Virus record (IMG/VR): IMGVR_UViG_3300021437_000018
Location: 1 to 62,710 of that record
Length of the DNA stretch: 62,710 nt
Source: a virus
Taxonomy: Duplodnaviria > Caudoviricetes
Strand: one strand, 5' to 3'
Made by a program: the position numbers and the translations under genes. Positions 19,024 through 28,279 of the stretch are shown piece after piece (positions within the stretch are counted from its first letter, which is position 1; every line of letters starts with the position of its first letter). The notes beneath the pieces are model-generated. The model did not search any database. It saw only the letters and a list, made by a program, of their open reading frames with translations, and was not told where the DNA came from.

Positions 19024-20259
19024 ATGTTTCGGATCGACCAAACCGGCTTGCCCACGGGTACCATTGACCGGTCGCGCACAGATGGGCTGCTAACAGGCGC
19101 CCAGGTGACGTTGACTTATTTTGGCAGCGGCACATTTAGACCACGATTTCTGTGGGTGCCTCCCGGCGACACGGGGTCGATCGCATCGCTTGCGCAGGTA
19201 ACTGCCGGAGTGTGGACATTTACTCCAAGTGCAGGATTTCCAGGCACTTATCGCATTGAGGAAATCGAAAACGAGGGAAAACCAAACGAAGCGCGAAGAG
19301 TTCGCTTGTTTCGTGTGCGGACGGCTGCCGGGCTAATTATCCCGGCGCCAAACGAAACTGCGAATCACTTGGCAAATCTCGCGAATGCCACGGTAACTCA
19401 TGTTGCGCAGTCAGAGGACAATGCAACAGATTACGCAAATGCGCTGCTCAACAACTATCCATGGACTGGATGGTGGCGTGCATGGGCGGAGATGATTGCT
19501 ATTGCCGATTCCTCTCTCGCAATGAGGTGGCGTTCGGTTATGAATATCGACTTTACCAATGTCGGCAACGTGACATTTCCAGCGGATGGTACTTATACGA
19601 TCGGTGGGCACTCCTTCGTATTTGTCGGTTTCACTGGGCTACAAAGCTCCAGTTTTCCATGGGCGATTCTTTCCACTGTTGGGTTACGCGCTCGAGCAAA
19701 TGCTTCCGGCGTTTCTTACGCTGGCGCTGATGCTCCGCGGTTGGTGTGGAATGGCACAAATCTACGAGATCTTGCCCCGACCCGAGTTCGCTTACGTTAC
19801 GGCAGCAGTGGCGGTTCAACGATCGAAACGTTGCTCATGGCACAATGGGAAGAAGGGCAGACGTATTGTGGCGTCGGGGGATACACCTCGGCAGGATACG
19901 GCTTCGATCACTATTCGATGTACCGTGTTTCGGGCGGCACATCGACGCCGGTGGCCTCGAACGTGGATATTGGCGCACCATCATCTGCAGGGAATGGCGA
20001 CAACCTGGGACTCACTATGCCAGGCGGGGCGCATCCGTTGCGACCCCTGGTGTTAGATATAGGAAATGGGGCATTGGCTGCCGGCGACTCCTATATTCCC
20101 CGGGAAATTCGCTTGAGTTCGGGGGATGGGTATACCGTGAATCGGTACAGCAACACCCGTTCGAGCCAGGCAAAGATTGTCATCTGTCCACAATTCGCGA
20201 CTCACAACACAACAGCCGCAATCGTGTATCTTGGGATGCTGGTTGAGCAATATTACTGA
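19024..20259 (+). CDS. putative virion structural/fibre protein
   Basis: PKD-like N-terminus (WTFTP...PGTYRI) and a beta-rich C-terminal domain. Confidence 0.5.
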   Translation: MFRIDQTGLPTGTIDRSRTDGLLTGAQVTLTYFGSGTFRPRFLWVPPGDTGSIASLAQVTAGVWTFTPSAGFPGTYRIEEIENEGKPNEARRVRLFRVRTAAGLIIPAPNETANHLANLANATVTHVAQSEDNATDYANALLNNYPWTGWWRAWAEMIAIADSSLAMRWRSVMNIDFTNVGNVTFPADGTYTIGGHSFVFVGFTGLQSSSFPWAILSTVGLRARANASGVSYAGADAPRLVWNGTNLRDLAPTRVRLRYGSSGGSTIETLLMAQWEEGQTYCGVGGYTSAGYGFDHYSMYRVSGGTSTPVASNVDIGAPSSAGNGDNLGLTMPGGAHPLRPLVLDIGNGALAAGDSYIPREIRLSSGDGYTVNRYSNTRSSQAKIVICPQFATHNTTAAIVYLGMLVEQYY

Positions 20260-20266
20260 GGAATTC

Positions 20267-23200
20267 ATGGCCACATTTTCGCTATCTTGCGTCGTTGGAT
20301 CGGTACATCCCGGTTTGGAATTGCAGGTTGCAAAGGGCGATTCTCTGGCGATCAATCTGCGACTGCAGACAATTCAAGGCACCACCTATGACGCTCGCGG
20401 GGCCGTGATCTATTTTGCCTGGGAACAAGATCGAGAGCCATCTGGACCGCCACGAATGCTGGCGTTGCCAGGCAATTTGCAGGGCAATGCTACATTCGTT
20501 GTCTCGGCGAAAGACTGCTGGTACTTCACGCTGGCGCAATTTTGGTGGGATGCGTGGATAGTGCTTGCGGACGGCACCAAGATCCAACTGGTCCCGCGCA
20601 GGCGTATTGTTGCGCTGCAGGCAGTCGGTCCAATTACAGTGGATGACGCTCCGAGCGGACTTGAGCCCGTTCCTTTGCCGCTGCAGCAGACCGTCGAAAT
20701 CGCGGGTGTACTAGACCTGCCAGGCAACACTGCGCCTCTACCAGCTCCGGCTCCCGTACGCTGGTACTACGCAGGCGAATTCGTTGTGCGTTTGGCTCTG
20801 GCGCAACTGCAAACGACGACAGGATATCCGGACTCGGGGGCCGTTGGGACTCTGTACGTAGGGCGCAACGGCAGCCCCATCGGTGCACCAATCCCGATGG
20901 TCCAAGGCACTGCCGAGGAGGGTACCGAGGGTATCTTTATCGCGCGCATCGACGCCGCTCATCAGGCTCTCGTGTCCGAGGGCGACACGATCACCTACCA
21001 GGCTTGGGTGCGCCCGACCGATCAGGCTGAGTACGCCGCCCATGAACAGGGCGAGGTCGCATTGATCCCATCGGGTAAGCCAATCAATCAGCCCCCTACC
21101 ATCGTGCTTGCTGCCATCCCTGCGCAGGTGGTGCCGGGAGCGCTCGCGCTGTCGATCGCTGCTAGTGATCCAGATGGCACTCTGACAGCAGACTCTTTCG
21201 CTCTGCTCGTCAATGGCACTCCGACTCCGGCCACATTTGCTCTGACTAATGGCAGCTCGTGGACGACGAGCGTCACGCTCGCCACGCTCGGGGCCATGTC
21301 CCTGTCGGTGGTCGTGACGGACTCTCTCGGCAGCTCGGTGACGGCCACGCGCAGCACGGTCGTGGTCACTCCTGCAGTCGAGATCACAGCGGACACTCCC
21401 CAGGACGTGGGCGCGGTGACGACGCTCGTGACTGTTACTCCGGCGCCGCCGAACGGCACGGCCGTGACCATCCTGGAGGGCACCACGACCCGAGGCAGTG
21501 GCGTGCTGACCAATGGTGCCGCTGCCGTGGCGACGTCTGCTCTTGGAGTTGGCACTCACGCCCTGACTGCCCGCATCATGACCCTCGCAGGAGCGGTCGT
21601 TAGCCCCGCAGTCAACGTCGACGTCGTGGCGGTGGCACCGGTGGTGGACATCACCACGCCGTCCGGCACGGTCACGATCGGGCAGAGCTACGCCATCACG
21701 GCTAGCGTGACCATCGCCACGGGCGGCACGATCGCGTCTGTGCAATACCGCGTCGGTGGCACGGGCAACTGGGCCTCGATGACGCACGGGTCAGGGTCTA
21801 CATGGACGGCGTCCTGGACCCCCGCCGAGCCGGGCGAGATTACGGTCGAGGTGCGCGCCACCGATGGCGGCTCCCCTGCTACGACGACTACATCCAGTGA
21901 GACCGTCACCGCCGAATACTTGACTCTTGCGTGGGGTCCGCTCACGTTTGCTGGCGCGTCGATGTACGCAGAGACGGACGCCCCGTCTACCGCGGCGCCG
22001 CTCACTGTGCACTTCGCACTAGATGACGCGATCGACGGGTGTACCATCTTGATGCGCGTGCCCGTGGGTCCGACTGATCTGCTGCTCGACGTTCCGGAGG
22101 GCTGGAAAGTCTGGCAAAACGCGCGCATCGTGTCACCGATTGACACCGAGTTCCCGGCGGCTCTGCCGTGGGTGCCCGGGTGCGCATGCGACTTTCTCTT
22201 GCAGATAGATTCCGCGGCTCACCGGATTCACTGGTCGAGCAAGAGGTACACTCCGGCTATCGAAGGGTACATCACGAGGCACTGGCCGCTGCACGATGAC
22301 GGAGCGGCGTACACTGCCGCCGGCAACCCCGTGCTCGCAGACGACGCCGTGCGCGCTGGCGGTGGGCCACTACTCTCCGGTGATTTCGGGCCAGACCCAA
22401 ACGCAACTATCGGTGGCGTGTCGGTCGATACCGAGGAGCGAGGCAATGTGTTCTTGCGCCCTGCATGGGCACGGCTGCCGTGCACGTCGACGACGACCAA
22501 GTACTCTATCAGCTGGCGCATGCGTGCACCCTGCATGCGGACGATCACGGGTGACTCGGGGGCCACGTCATTCTTGGCGACGACCAATGGGGGCGACTGC
22601 GTTTTCGGTTTCCTCGGAGGTTCGCCCTTCGATGAGGATGGCAATAAACACCTAGCTTTTGCCAATGTTTTCGAGGGAAATCCGGCGTTTCCTCACATTC
22701 GCCGAAAGGTCGCGTACCCGACGTACTACGACACGCGAGACGGGTATTCTCTCGGGTCACTGATCGGCGTCACTAGTCTCAATGGCACTGAGTACGACGG
22801 TTGGGCCACGTTCGCTATTGTCGCGGACGGAACCATCGGCAAGATCTACGTCAACGGGATGCTGCGCGCGACGGGCACGATCATCGCGCACTCTTTGGCA
22901 CAGGGGTTTTACCTCGGCGTGGCCAATGGCGATTTCGGGGACGTGCCCGCGGGCGGTGCTCAGTACTGCGACATCGTGTATTACGACGGCGTGTGGACCG
23001 ATGCGCAGGTCGCGGCTATCTGCACCCAAACGAGATCGATCGCGAAGGCCGCTCGCCATCCGTCGTCGAACATACTCGTCGAAGGAGTGCACGGATCGTC
23101 GCAGGCGAACAGCGGCAATGCGCAGGAGGTACGAGTCAACCACCCGACGTGGACTGTCACGGACGTGCGCATCATCACGGGCATCGACGACAGCCCGGAA

Positions 23201-23803
23201 AAGCTGGCGATGACGCTATCGATTTGCGCTGCCAAGGACCTGGTCGTCCCTATCCGCGTGGACTGCGGAATGGTCTGGAATCAGTCGGGAGGAACACCCG
23301 AGGGCAATGCAGATCGACTCTTCAACGAATGCGTGCGAATGATCCAGCGCAATGGCTGCATTCCGTTGGCAGGTACATTCTCGGGGCATAACGATCCAGC
23401 GGCATCGGGGCCGTACACTGCGACGCGCATCCGTGCGCAGGCGGACATCAATCTGAACAAGTACGCGCTATGTATCTCTCGGTACGATCTGCTCGAAGCA
23501 GAGGTGTCACTGCCGGACGGCACGGGCACCGCCGGCCCTCTCGGCGTTTCGAGCACGTACTACAATGAGGCGCCTATTCCCGGTGGGTCCGTCGAGGCAG
23601 GGCCTCACATGGGCCCGAGGCAGCCACGTACGTTCGCGAGCGATCCAGGTGGTCAATACCAGTGGCCCAATGGGACGCCCGAGAATCCGTGCGCTGGCGT
23701 GACACTTTGGGAGTTGATCTTCGAGCAGTCGTGCAAGCACTGGATGATCAACACTGGGATCGGTGGGTCTAATACGAGCTGGTACCCGCCCCCTTTAGAC
23801 TAG
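20267..23803 (+). CDS. large fibre/receptor-binding protein (BppU-like N-terminus, Ig-like repeats, LamG, degenerate SGNH-like C-terminus)
   Basis: GAGG SD. Ig-like repeats NQPPTI..ASDPDG, LGVGTHALTA, IASVQYRVG; LamG-like WATFAIV.DGTIGKIYVNG...YYDGVWTDAQV; HGSS...GPHM resembles SGNH blocks. Confidence 0.7.
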   Translation: MATFSLSCVVGSVHPGLELQVAKGDSLAINLRLQTIQGTTYDARGAVIYFAWEQDREPSGPPRMLALPGNLQGNATFVVSAKDCWYFTLAQFWWDAWIVLADGTKIQLVPRRRIVALQAVGPITVDDAPSGLEPVPLPLQQTVEIAGVLDLPGNTAPLPAPAPVRWYYAGEFVVRLALAQLQTTTGYPDSGAVGTLYVGRNGSPIGAPIPMVQGTAEEGTEGIFIARIDAAHQALVSEGDTITYQAWVRPTDQAEYAAHEQGEVALIPSGKPINQPPTIVLAAIPAQVVPGALALSIAASDPDGTLTADSFALLVNGTPTPATFALTNGSSWTTSVTLATLGAMSLSVVVTDSLGSSVTATRSTVVVTPAVEITADTPQDVGAVTTLVTVTPAPPNGTAVTILEGTTTRGSGVLTNGAAAVATSALGVGTHALTARIMTLAGAVVSPAVNVDVVAVAPVVDITTPSGTVTIGQSYAITASVTIATGGTIASVQYRVGGTGNWASMTHGSGSTWTASWTPAEPGEITVEVRATDGGSPATTTTSSETVTAEYLTLAWGPLTFAGASMYAETDAPSTAAPLTVHFALDDAIDGCTILMRVPVGPTDLLLDVPEGWKVWQNARIVSPIDTEFPAALPWVPGCACDFLLQIDSAAHRIHWSSKRYTPAIEGYITRHWPLHDDGAAYTAAGNPVLADDAVRAGGGPLLSGDFGPDPNATIGGVSVDTEERGNVFLRPAWARLPCTSTTTKYSISWRMRAPCMRTITGDSGATSFLATTNGGDCVFGFLGGSPFDEDGNKHLAFANVFEGNPAFPHIRRKVAYPTYYDTRDGYSLGSLIGVTSLNGTEYDGWATFAIVADGTIGKIYVNGMLRATGTIIAHSLAQGFYLGVANGDFGDVPAGGAQYCDIVYYDGVWTDAQVAAICTQTRSIAKAARHPSSNILVEGVHGSSQANSGNAQEVRVNHPTWTVTDVRIITGIDDSPEKLAMTLSICAAKDLVVPIRVDCGMVWNQSGGTPEGNADRLFNECVRMIQRNGCIPLAGTFSGHNDPAASGPYTATRIRAQADINLNKYALCISRYDLLEAEVSLPDGTGTAGPLGVSSTYYNEAPIPGGSVEAGPHMGPRQPRTFASDPGGQYQWPNGTPENPCAGVTLWELIFEQSCKHWMINTGIGGSNTSWYPPPLD

Positions 23804-25080
23804 CCGCGGGTACGGCACTGGGAGCGTCATCGAGCGCGGCTCTCCCGGTACCCGCGGTTGGAGCAGGCTCGGTCACTGTCTACGGCTGGGTGCTGCTACC
23901 CGAGTCTCCTTCGGACGGCACTGCTCTCACGATTGACTCGAGTCAGGCGCTCATCTATCTCGAGTACTCGGCAGGCGCGGGACGTTGGCACCTGGTGCAC
24001 GGGTGGGGCGCCGCCGAAGTGTTGATGATGGGGCCCGAGGACGGATGGTGCTTCGTCGCGCTCGTCTACTCGACGATAGAGCTGCGCGCGTACTATCGGC
24101 GCGAGGAGATCGTCAATCTCGCAGAGTGCACACCCGTGTCGTGGACGTACGACGATAGCCTTGCGGCCATCCTGCTGACGGGGTGGGCAGGCTGTGCAGT
24201 GCAATACTGGGGGTGCCATGTCGGAGCACTCACCCCCGCGCAGCTGCTGGCGCAGAGCCAGTCCCGCACGCAGCTCGTCGCTGGGCGCAGCTACTGGCGA
24301 CTTGATGAGGCATCCGGTGCGGACCTCGTGGGCAATCACGCAGCCACGCTCGTTAGCGCGACGGCTCACACGGAGACAGCACCGGCCGAGGCCGTCACGG
24401 TTGATGAGGCGCTGTCGGCGCTGCTCTACAAGGATTCGTTCTCGCGCAACTACGCCGAGATTTCGACGGCGCCGTTCCCCGGCGCGGTGACGGTGTGTGG
24501 ATGGTTCCGGTTCGGGAACATGACGCACAATTCGTACGTCTTCGAGTTTCGGATCAACGATGACAATCGGCTGATATTCGTGCTGCAGCACGATGCCGAC
24601 ACCACCGGCATGTATACGAATTTGATGTCCTACCTCGATAGCGATCTGATCGAGCCGTGCGGTGGGTATCATGAGCCGACGGTGACACTCGAGCAGACCA
24701 CAGGATGGTGGTTTGCCGCGTGGACGATCGTGCCTGGCGAGACGACCACAACGGCGCGCGTCTGGCTAGCGCCACACGGCACGACTCTGACCGAGGTCGA
24801 CGCCGCTACCCCGACGTGGCCGCACGTGCATGCGGGTAGCTACGCCACACGACTGGTCGTCAGCAACGGAGGCCCCGAATTCGAAGGGGCACACCTGCGC
24901 CTGTTCGAGGGCGCGTTGACCGAGGGTCAGCTAGCGTCCCTAATGGCTTCGAGTGCCGCCCAGCCGACGGCGTGGGCGGACTACTCGCTCGCGAGCGGGT
25001 CACTGCTGGATCGATCTGGACACGCTCGAAATCTGACCACACCCGGAGAAATTTGGCCGGGAGAATTGGGGCCGCTATGA
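23791..25080 (+). CDS. double LamG-like extension, probably translated by -1 frameshift from the upstream gene
   Basis: Frame is open from 23773 with no SD-led start. Two LamG-like repeats (VTVYGWV/VTVCGWF, GWCFVALV/GWWFAAWT, ALTPAQL/ALTEGQL, DLVGNH/DRSGH). Slippery C CCT TTA plus a hairpin. Confidence 0.65.
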   Translation, partial: PFRLAAGTALGASSSAALPVPAVGAGSVTVYGWVLLPESPSDGTALTIDSSQALIYLEYSAGAGRWHLVHGWGAAEVLMMGPEDGWCFVALVYSTIELRAYYRREEIVNLAECTPVSWTYDDSLAAILLTGWAGCAVQYWGCHVGALTPAQLLAQSQSRTQLVAGRSYWRLDEASGADLVGNHAATLVSATAHTETAPAEAVTVDEALSALLYKDSFSRNYAEISTAPFPGAVTVCGWFRFGNMTHNSYVFEFRINDDNRLIFVLQHDADTTGMYTNLMSYLDSDLIEPCGGYHEPTVTLEQTTGWWFAAWTIVPGETTTTARVWLAPHGTTLTEVDAATPTWPHVHAGSYATRLVVSNGGPEFEGAHLRLFEGALTEGQLASLMASSAAQPTAWADYSLASGSLLDRSGHARNLTTPGEIWPGELGPL

Positions 25081-25844
25081 GTGCCTACGGTTCCGCGTCT
25101 TTTGGTTGCGCTGGTATTCCTGTAGTGGTGACAGGGGCTCGATGCCTAGACATGAGTTCCGTCTACCTGGATTTGGACTCGGATTCGGCGCCTGGTTTGC
25201 GCAATCCCGCGCGCCGAGACTCTATTTTTTGCTGGCGCAACTGGACGCTGGTTCCTGGAGCAAACGCCAGATCAAGACTAGTGCGCTCAATTTCGTGGCT
25301 GGAAACGGATTGCCGATTGCGTATTTGTTTCGATGGCGCCTTGAGCAACAGCTCGACATATCAGCTATGTTCCGAAATAGTCGGGACAAATGTCGTTTTT
25401 TCAACTCCGGGAATCCATCGATCCGCGACTATTCGGCGTGCGCAAGAACAGATAATTCAGGACTGGGCAAAGCCGGAGCGCGAATCAGATCTACAAGGTG
25501 GCAGCCTTGGAACCACGCAAATCGTCTCTGGTGATCTGGCGCTTACGTCTGGCGTCGCATCGCTGCATGAGCGAATTGTTCGGCGGGTGCAAACGGCTAC
25601 CGGGGAATTTGTCCACGATACGACATACGGGACAGATTGGCGCGAAAAAGGATTATTGCGAATTGATGGATTGCAGCGTTTACAGTCGCGCCTGGTAGCT
25701 CAAATCAAGCGCGAGCCGGATGTGGTGCGTTGCGAGGTGGCCCTGGGGCAGGTGATTGATTCCCCCGGGACCTTATCAGTGCACATCAAAGCAGACACCG
25801 CCGATGGTCCCCTGGTAGTTTCGACAGAGGTGGGCCGACCGTGA
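25077..25844 (+). CDS. baseplate wedge protein (gp25/gpW-like C-terminal domain)
   Basis: GDLALTSGVASLHERIVRRVQT..GEFVHDTTYG...EPDV motif. Confidence 0.7.
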   Translation: MSAYGSASFGCAGIPVVVTGARCLDMSSVYLDLDSDSAPGLRNPARRDSIFCWRNWTLVPGANARSRLVRSISWLETDCRLRICFDGALSNSSTYQLCSEIVGTNVVFSTPGIHRSATIRRAQEQIIQDWAKPERESDLQGGSLGTTQIVSGDLALTSGVASLHERIVRRVQTATGEFVHDTTYGTDWREKGLLRIDGLQRLQSRLVAQIKREPDVVRCEVALGQVIDSPGTLSVHIKADTADGPLVVSTEVGRP

Positions 25845-25856
25845 TAGCCTTGGGGC

Positions 25857-26999
25857 ATGAGTGCGCCATTTCCGACTCGTGAAGACTTTTTTGCTGTAGG
25901 GGCCCGGGAGTTGCTTGCCCGGCAGCAAAGCCGTCCACCGGGCAAGCGGGTGACGTTGGCAGCTATTCAGACGACAGGCACCAATGTCAATTCGGCCTTG
26001 GCTGGGATGGCCGCAATGTGCGACGAGGTTATGCGGCACGCGGCGATCCGGTTTGGTGAGTTGTTCCTCGACTCGTCGGAGGGCGAGGCGCTTGCGCGAC
26101 TCGTTGCAGATCACATTGATCCAGATTTGGCATGGAAACAGCCAGCGCGCGCTGTGGTGCCATTGCTTTTCACGCGAGCGATCCCTCCGAGTAGTGGGTC
26201 TGCCTATACTGTGGCATCTGGGACAGTGGTGCGGACTGCCACTGGCATCGAATTTCATACCGTGGAAGACGCGAGTTTTCCGGTGAATTCTACAGGTCCA
26301 GTGGGCCCAATTGCGGCCGAGGCTTTGCTTGCCGGAACGGCGGGGAATGTCGATACAGACACGTTGGAGCAATTTGCTCAACAACCGAGCGACCTGGGGA
26401 TTTCTGTGACGAATTTGGAGTTCGCTTCAGGTGGCACAGATATCGAGACTAGTCAGGAGTTTTTGAGCCGCGCTAGGGTTTCTCGCCGTGCGCAACGGCG
26501 CGGTATATTGGGCGCAATTGAGTTGGGGGCACTATCGATACCAGGCGTCAAAACGGTTATCGTCGAGGAGGATCTCGACGATAACGGAGAGCAAACCGGA
26601 CTCATTCGGATCTATGTCGCAGATGCCAACGGACGCTCAAATAGCGCACTTTGCGCTTTGGTCCGCGATGCATTGGTCGAGTATCGATGCTGTGGCATCG
26701 TGCCATCAGTTGTCGCGACAGCCCCATTGTTGGCCTCAATTGCCTACTCGCTACCGCTACTTGCTGGCTATGATGCCACTGCCGCCGCCACGCAATTGAA
26801 GACATTGGCCGTGGCACTAGTGAACCAACTCAAGCCCGGGCAAGTGTTGCAGCGCAGTCTTCTCACCGCGATTGCTCGTACTGTGCCGGGATACGTGGTC
26901 AGTGATTCAAGCGTCGTTACTCCATCTGATGACCAGGCGCCGTTTTCTTCCCAAACCATCAAAACTCGCGTGGATTTAGTGACAGTAAACGGAGCATGA
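25857..26999 (+). CDS. baseplate J-like protein
   Basis: FLDSSEGEAL, AGTAGNV, GGTDIETSQEF and ALSIPGV motifs. Confidence 0.85.
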   Translation: MSAPFPTREDFFAVGARELLARQQSRPPGKRVTLAAIQTTGTNVNSALAGMAAMCDEVMRHAAIRFGELFLDSSEGEALARLVADHIDPDLAWKQPARAVVPLLFTRAIPPSSGSAYTVASGTVVRTATGIEFHTVEDASFPVNSTGPVGPIAAEALLAGTAGNVDTDTLEQFAQQPSDLGISVTNLEFASGGTDIETSQEFLSRARVSRRAQRRGILGAIELGALSIPGVKTVIVEEDLDDNGEQTGLIRIYVADANGRSNSALCALVRDALVEYRCCGIVPSVVATAPLLASIAYSLPLLAGYDATAAATQLKTLAVALVNQLKPGQVLQRSLLTAIARTVPGYVVSDSSVVTPSDDQAPFSSQTIKTRVDLVTVNGA

Positions 27000-27000
27000 C

Positions 27001-28269
27001 ATGCCGGTCGCGAGAACAACCAAGGATGGTTTTGTTGAGATTTATCGAGCTGTCTTGCCGAAGGTGTATGTTGCGCCGCTTGAAGATCAGGATGATGGCG
27101 CGGGGATGGATCTGGTCTACGCGTTCACCGCGATGGCAGAGCTAGCCGACTGCGCGAGCAACAAGGGTACGCAGGCGTATTTTCAACGACAGCACAGTGA
27201 CCAGACTGACGAGCCGGCGGCTGCTCCACAGAAGGCAACCGGCTCATTTCAGATCGCTCGAGTAGGATATTCCGCGGGCACATTGGTGCTCCCGGCTGGC
27301 ACCATGATCGAGGCATACCGAATCGACTCGTATGGAGACGAGGAAGTTGTTGGGCGCTACCTGACCACGGTTAGTGTCACCATCCAAGAGGGAACCGGAG
27401 AGGTGACGACGCTATCGATCGAAGCGGAGTTCCCAGGTTACTTCGGCAATTTGTTGCCCGACTCGGTTTTCTTGCGATTTGCGCCACTTGGCACGTCATC
27501 TATTCCTTGCACTCTTGGAATATTGGGCTTTGATACTATTGTCCAGCGCAATGTATTGGCCACAGAAGATGCCTCTGTTGATCGATTCGTTGCATCAGAT
27601 GTTGGGCGTTATGCGCAAATTGTTCCGTCTCCTGGGACTGTGTTTCAGTCGCAGCCGTTGCAGCTAATGCGAATCGATTGGGTGGATGTAGCCAACCAGA
27701 GAATGCTACCGTCACTGGGACTGTCTTCGGCAGATGCAGGAAAATCCTGTATCGTGGTGGTGAAAGAGCTGAGTGAGCTTGGGTTATCGTTGAGCCAGCC
27801 AACGGCAATCACCGGTGGCAACGGTGGTTTGCTTGACGCTCGCGCTGCGGATTGCGGTGTGGCGCGCCTAGCTGGAGAGCCTGACGAATCACTGGTGACT
27901 CGGATCGAGGGAATAAGTGACATCGTGAGTCCTGCGGCTATTACTCGAGCGGTGGATCGCATCCTAGGACCTCTCGGGATTGCCTGGAGACTTATGGAGA
28001 CTGGCGATCCAAAGGGTCTTGGTGGTCGGGTATGGGATATTCATCCGTGGGATTTCGGCGATCTGGGGCCCACAATATCAAGTTCGTTCGTCTACGATGT
28101 GCAGGGGGCTCTTTGGTTATCTGCGAGCCAATTGCATAGATTTTTCGTCGTTGCGGTATCTGCTGCAATTATGAATGAGCCTAGCGCCGCATCGCGGGTG
28201 TGGAACGATGTGCATGCAGCAAGAGGCGGTGGGGTTGGTTTTCGGCTGGTGATTGATTCAACGTTGTGA
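27001..28269 (+). CDS. baseplate wedge protein (gpI-like)
   Basis: Follows baseplate J; LDARAADCGVARLAGEPDESLVTRI motif. Confidence 0.6.
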   Translation: MPVARTTKDGFVEIYRAVLPKVYVAPLEDQDDGAGMDLVYAFTAMAELADCASNKGTQAYFQRQHSDQTDEPAAAPQKATGSFQIARVGYSAGTLVLPAGTMIEAYRIDSYGDEEVVGRYLTTVSVTIQEGTGEVTTLSIEAEFPGYFGNLLPDSVFLRFAPLGTSSIPCTLGILGFDTIVQRNVLATEDASVDRFVASDVGRYAQIVPSPGTVFQSQPLQLMRIDWVDVANQRMLPSLGLSSADAGKSCIVVVKELSELGLSLSQPTAITGGNGGLLDARAADCGVARLAGEPDESLVTRIEGISDIVSPAAITRAVDRILGPLGIAWRLMETGDPKGLGGRVWDIHPWDFGDLGPTISSSFVYDVQGALWLSASQLHRFFVVAVSAAIMNEPSAASRVWNDVHAARGGGVGFRLVIDSTL

Positions 28270-28279
28270 CGAGGCTGCC

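Noticed and set aside
23801-23803. Amber readthrough or recoded TAG at the end of the fibre gene
   Set aside because: The downstream ORF is in the -1 frame rather than in frame, and TAG ends many other genes normally, so there is no sign of an alternative genetic code.
23890-23892. GTG start called for the LamG ORF
   Set aside because: No SD, and it falls inside a LamG strand motif; -1 frameshift entry explains the frame better.
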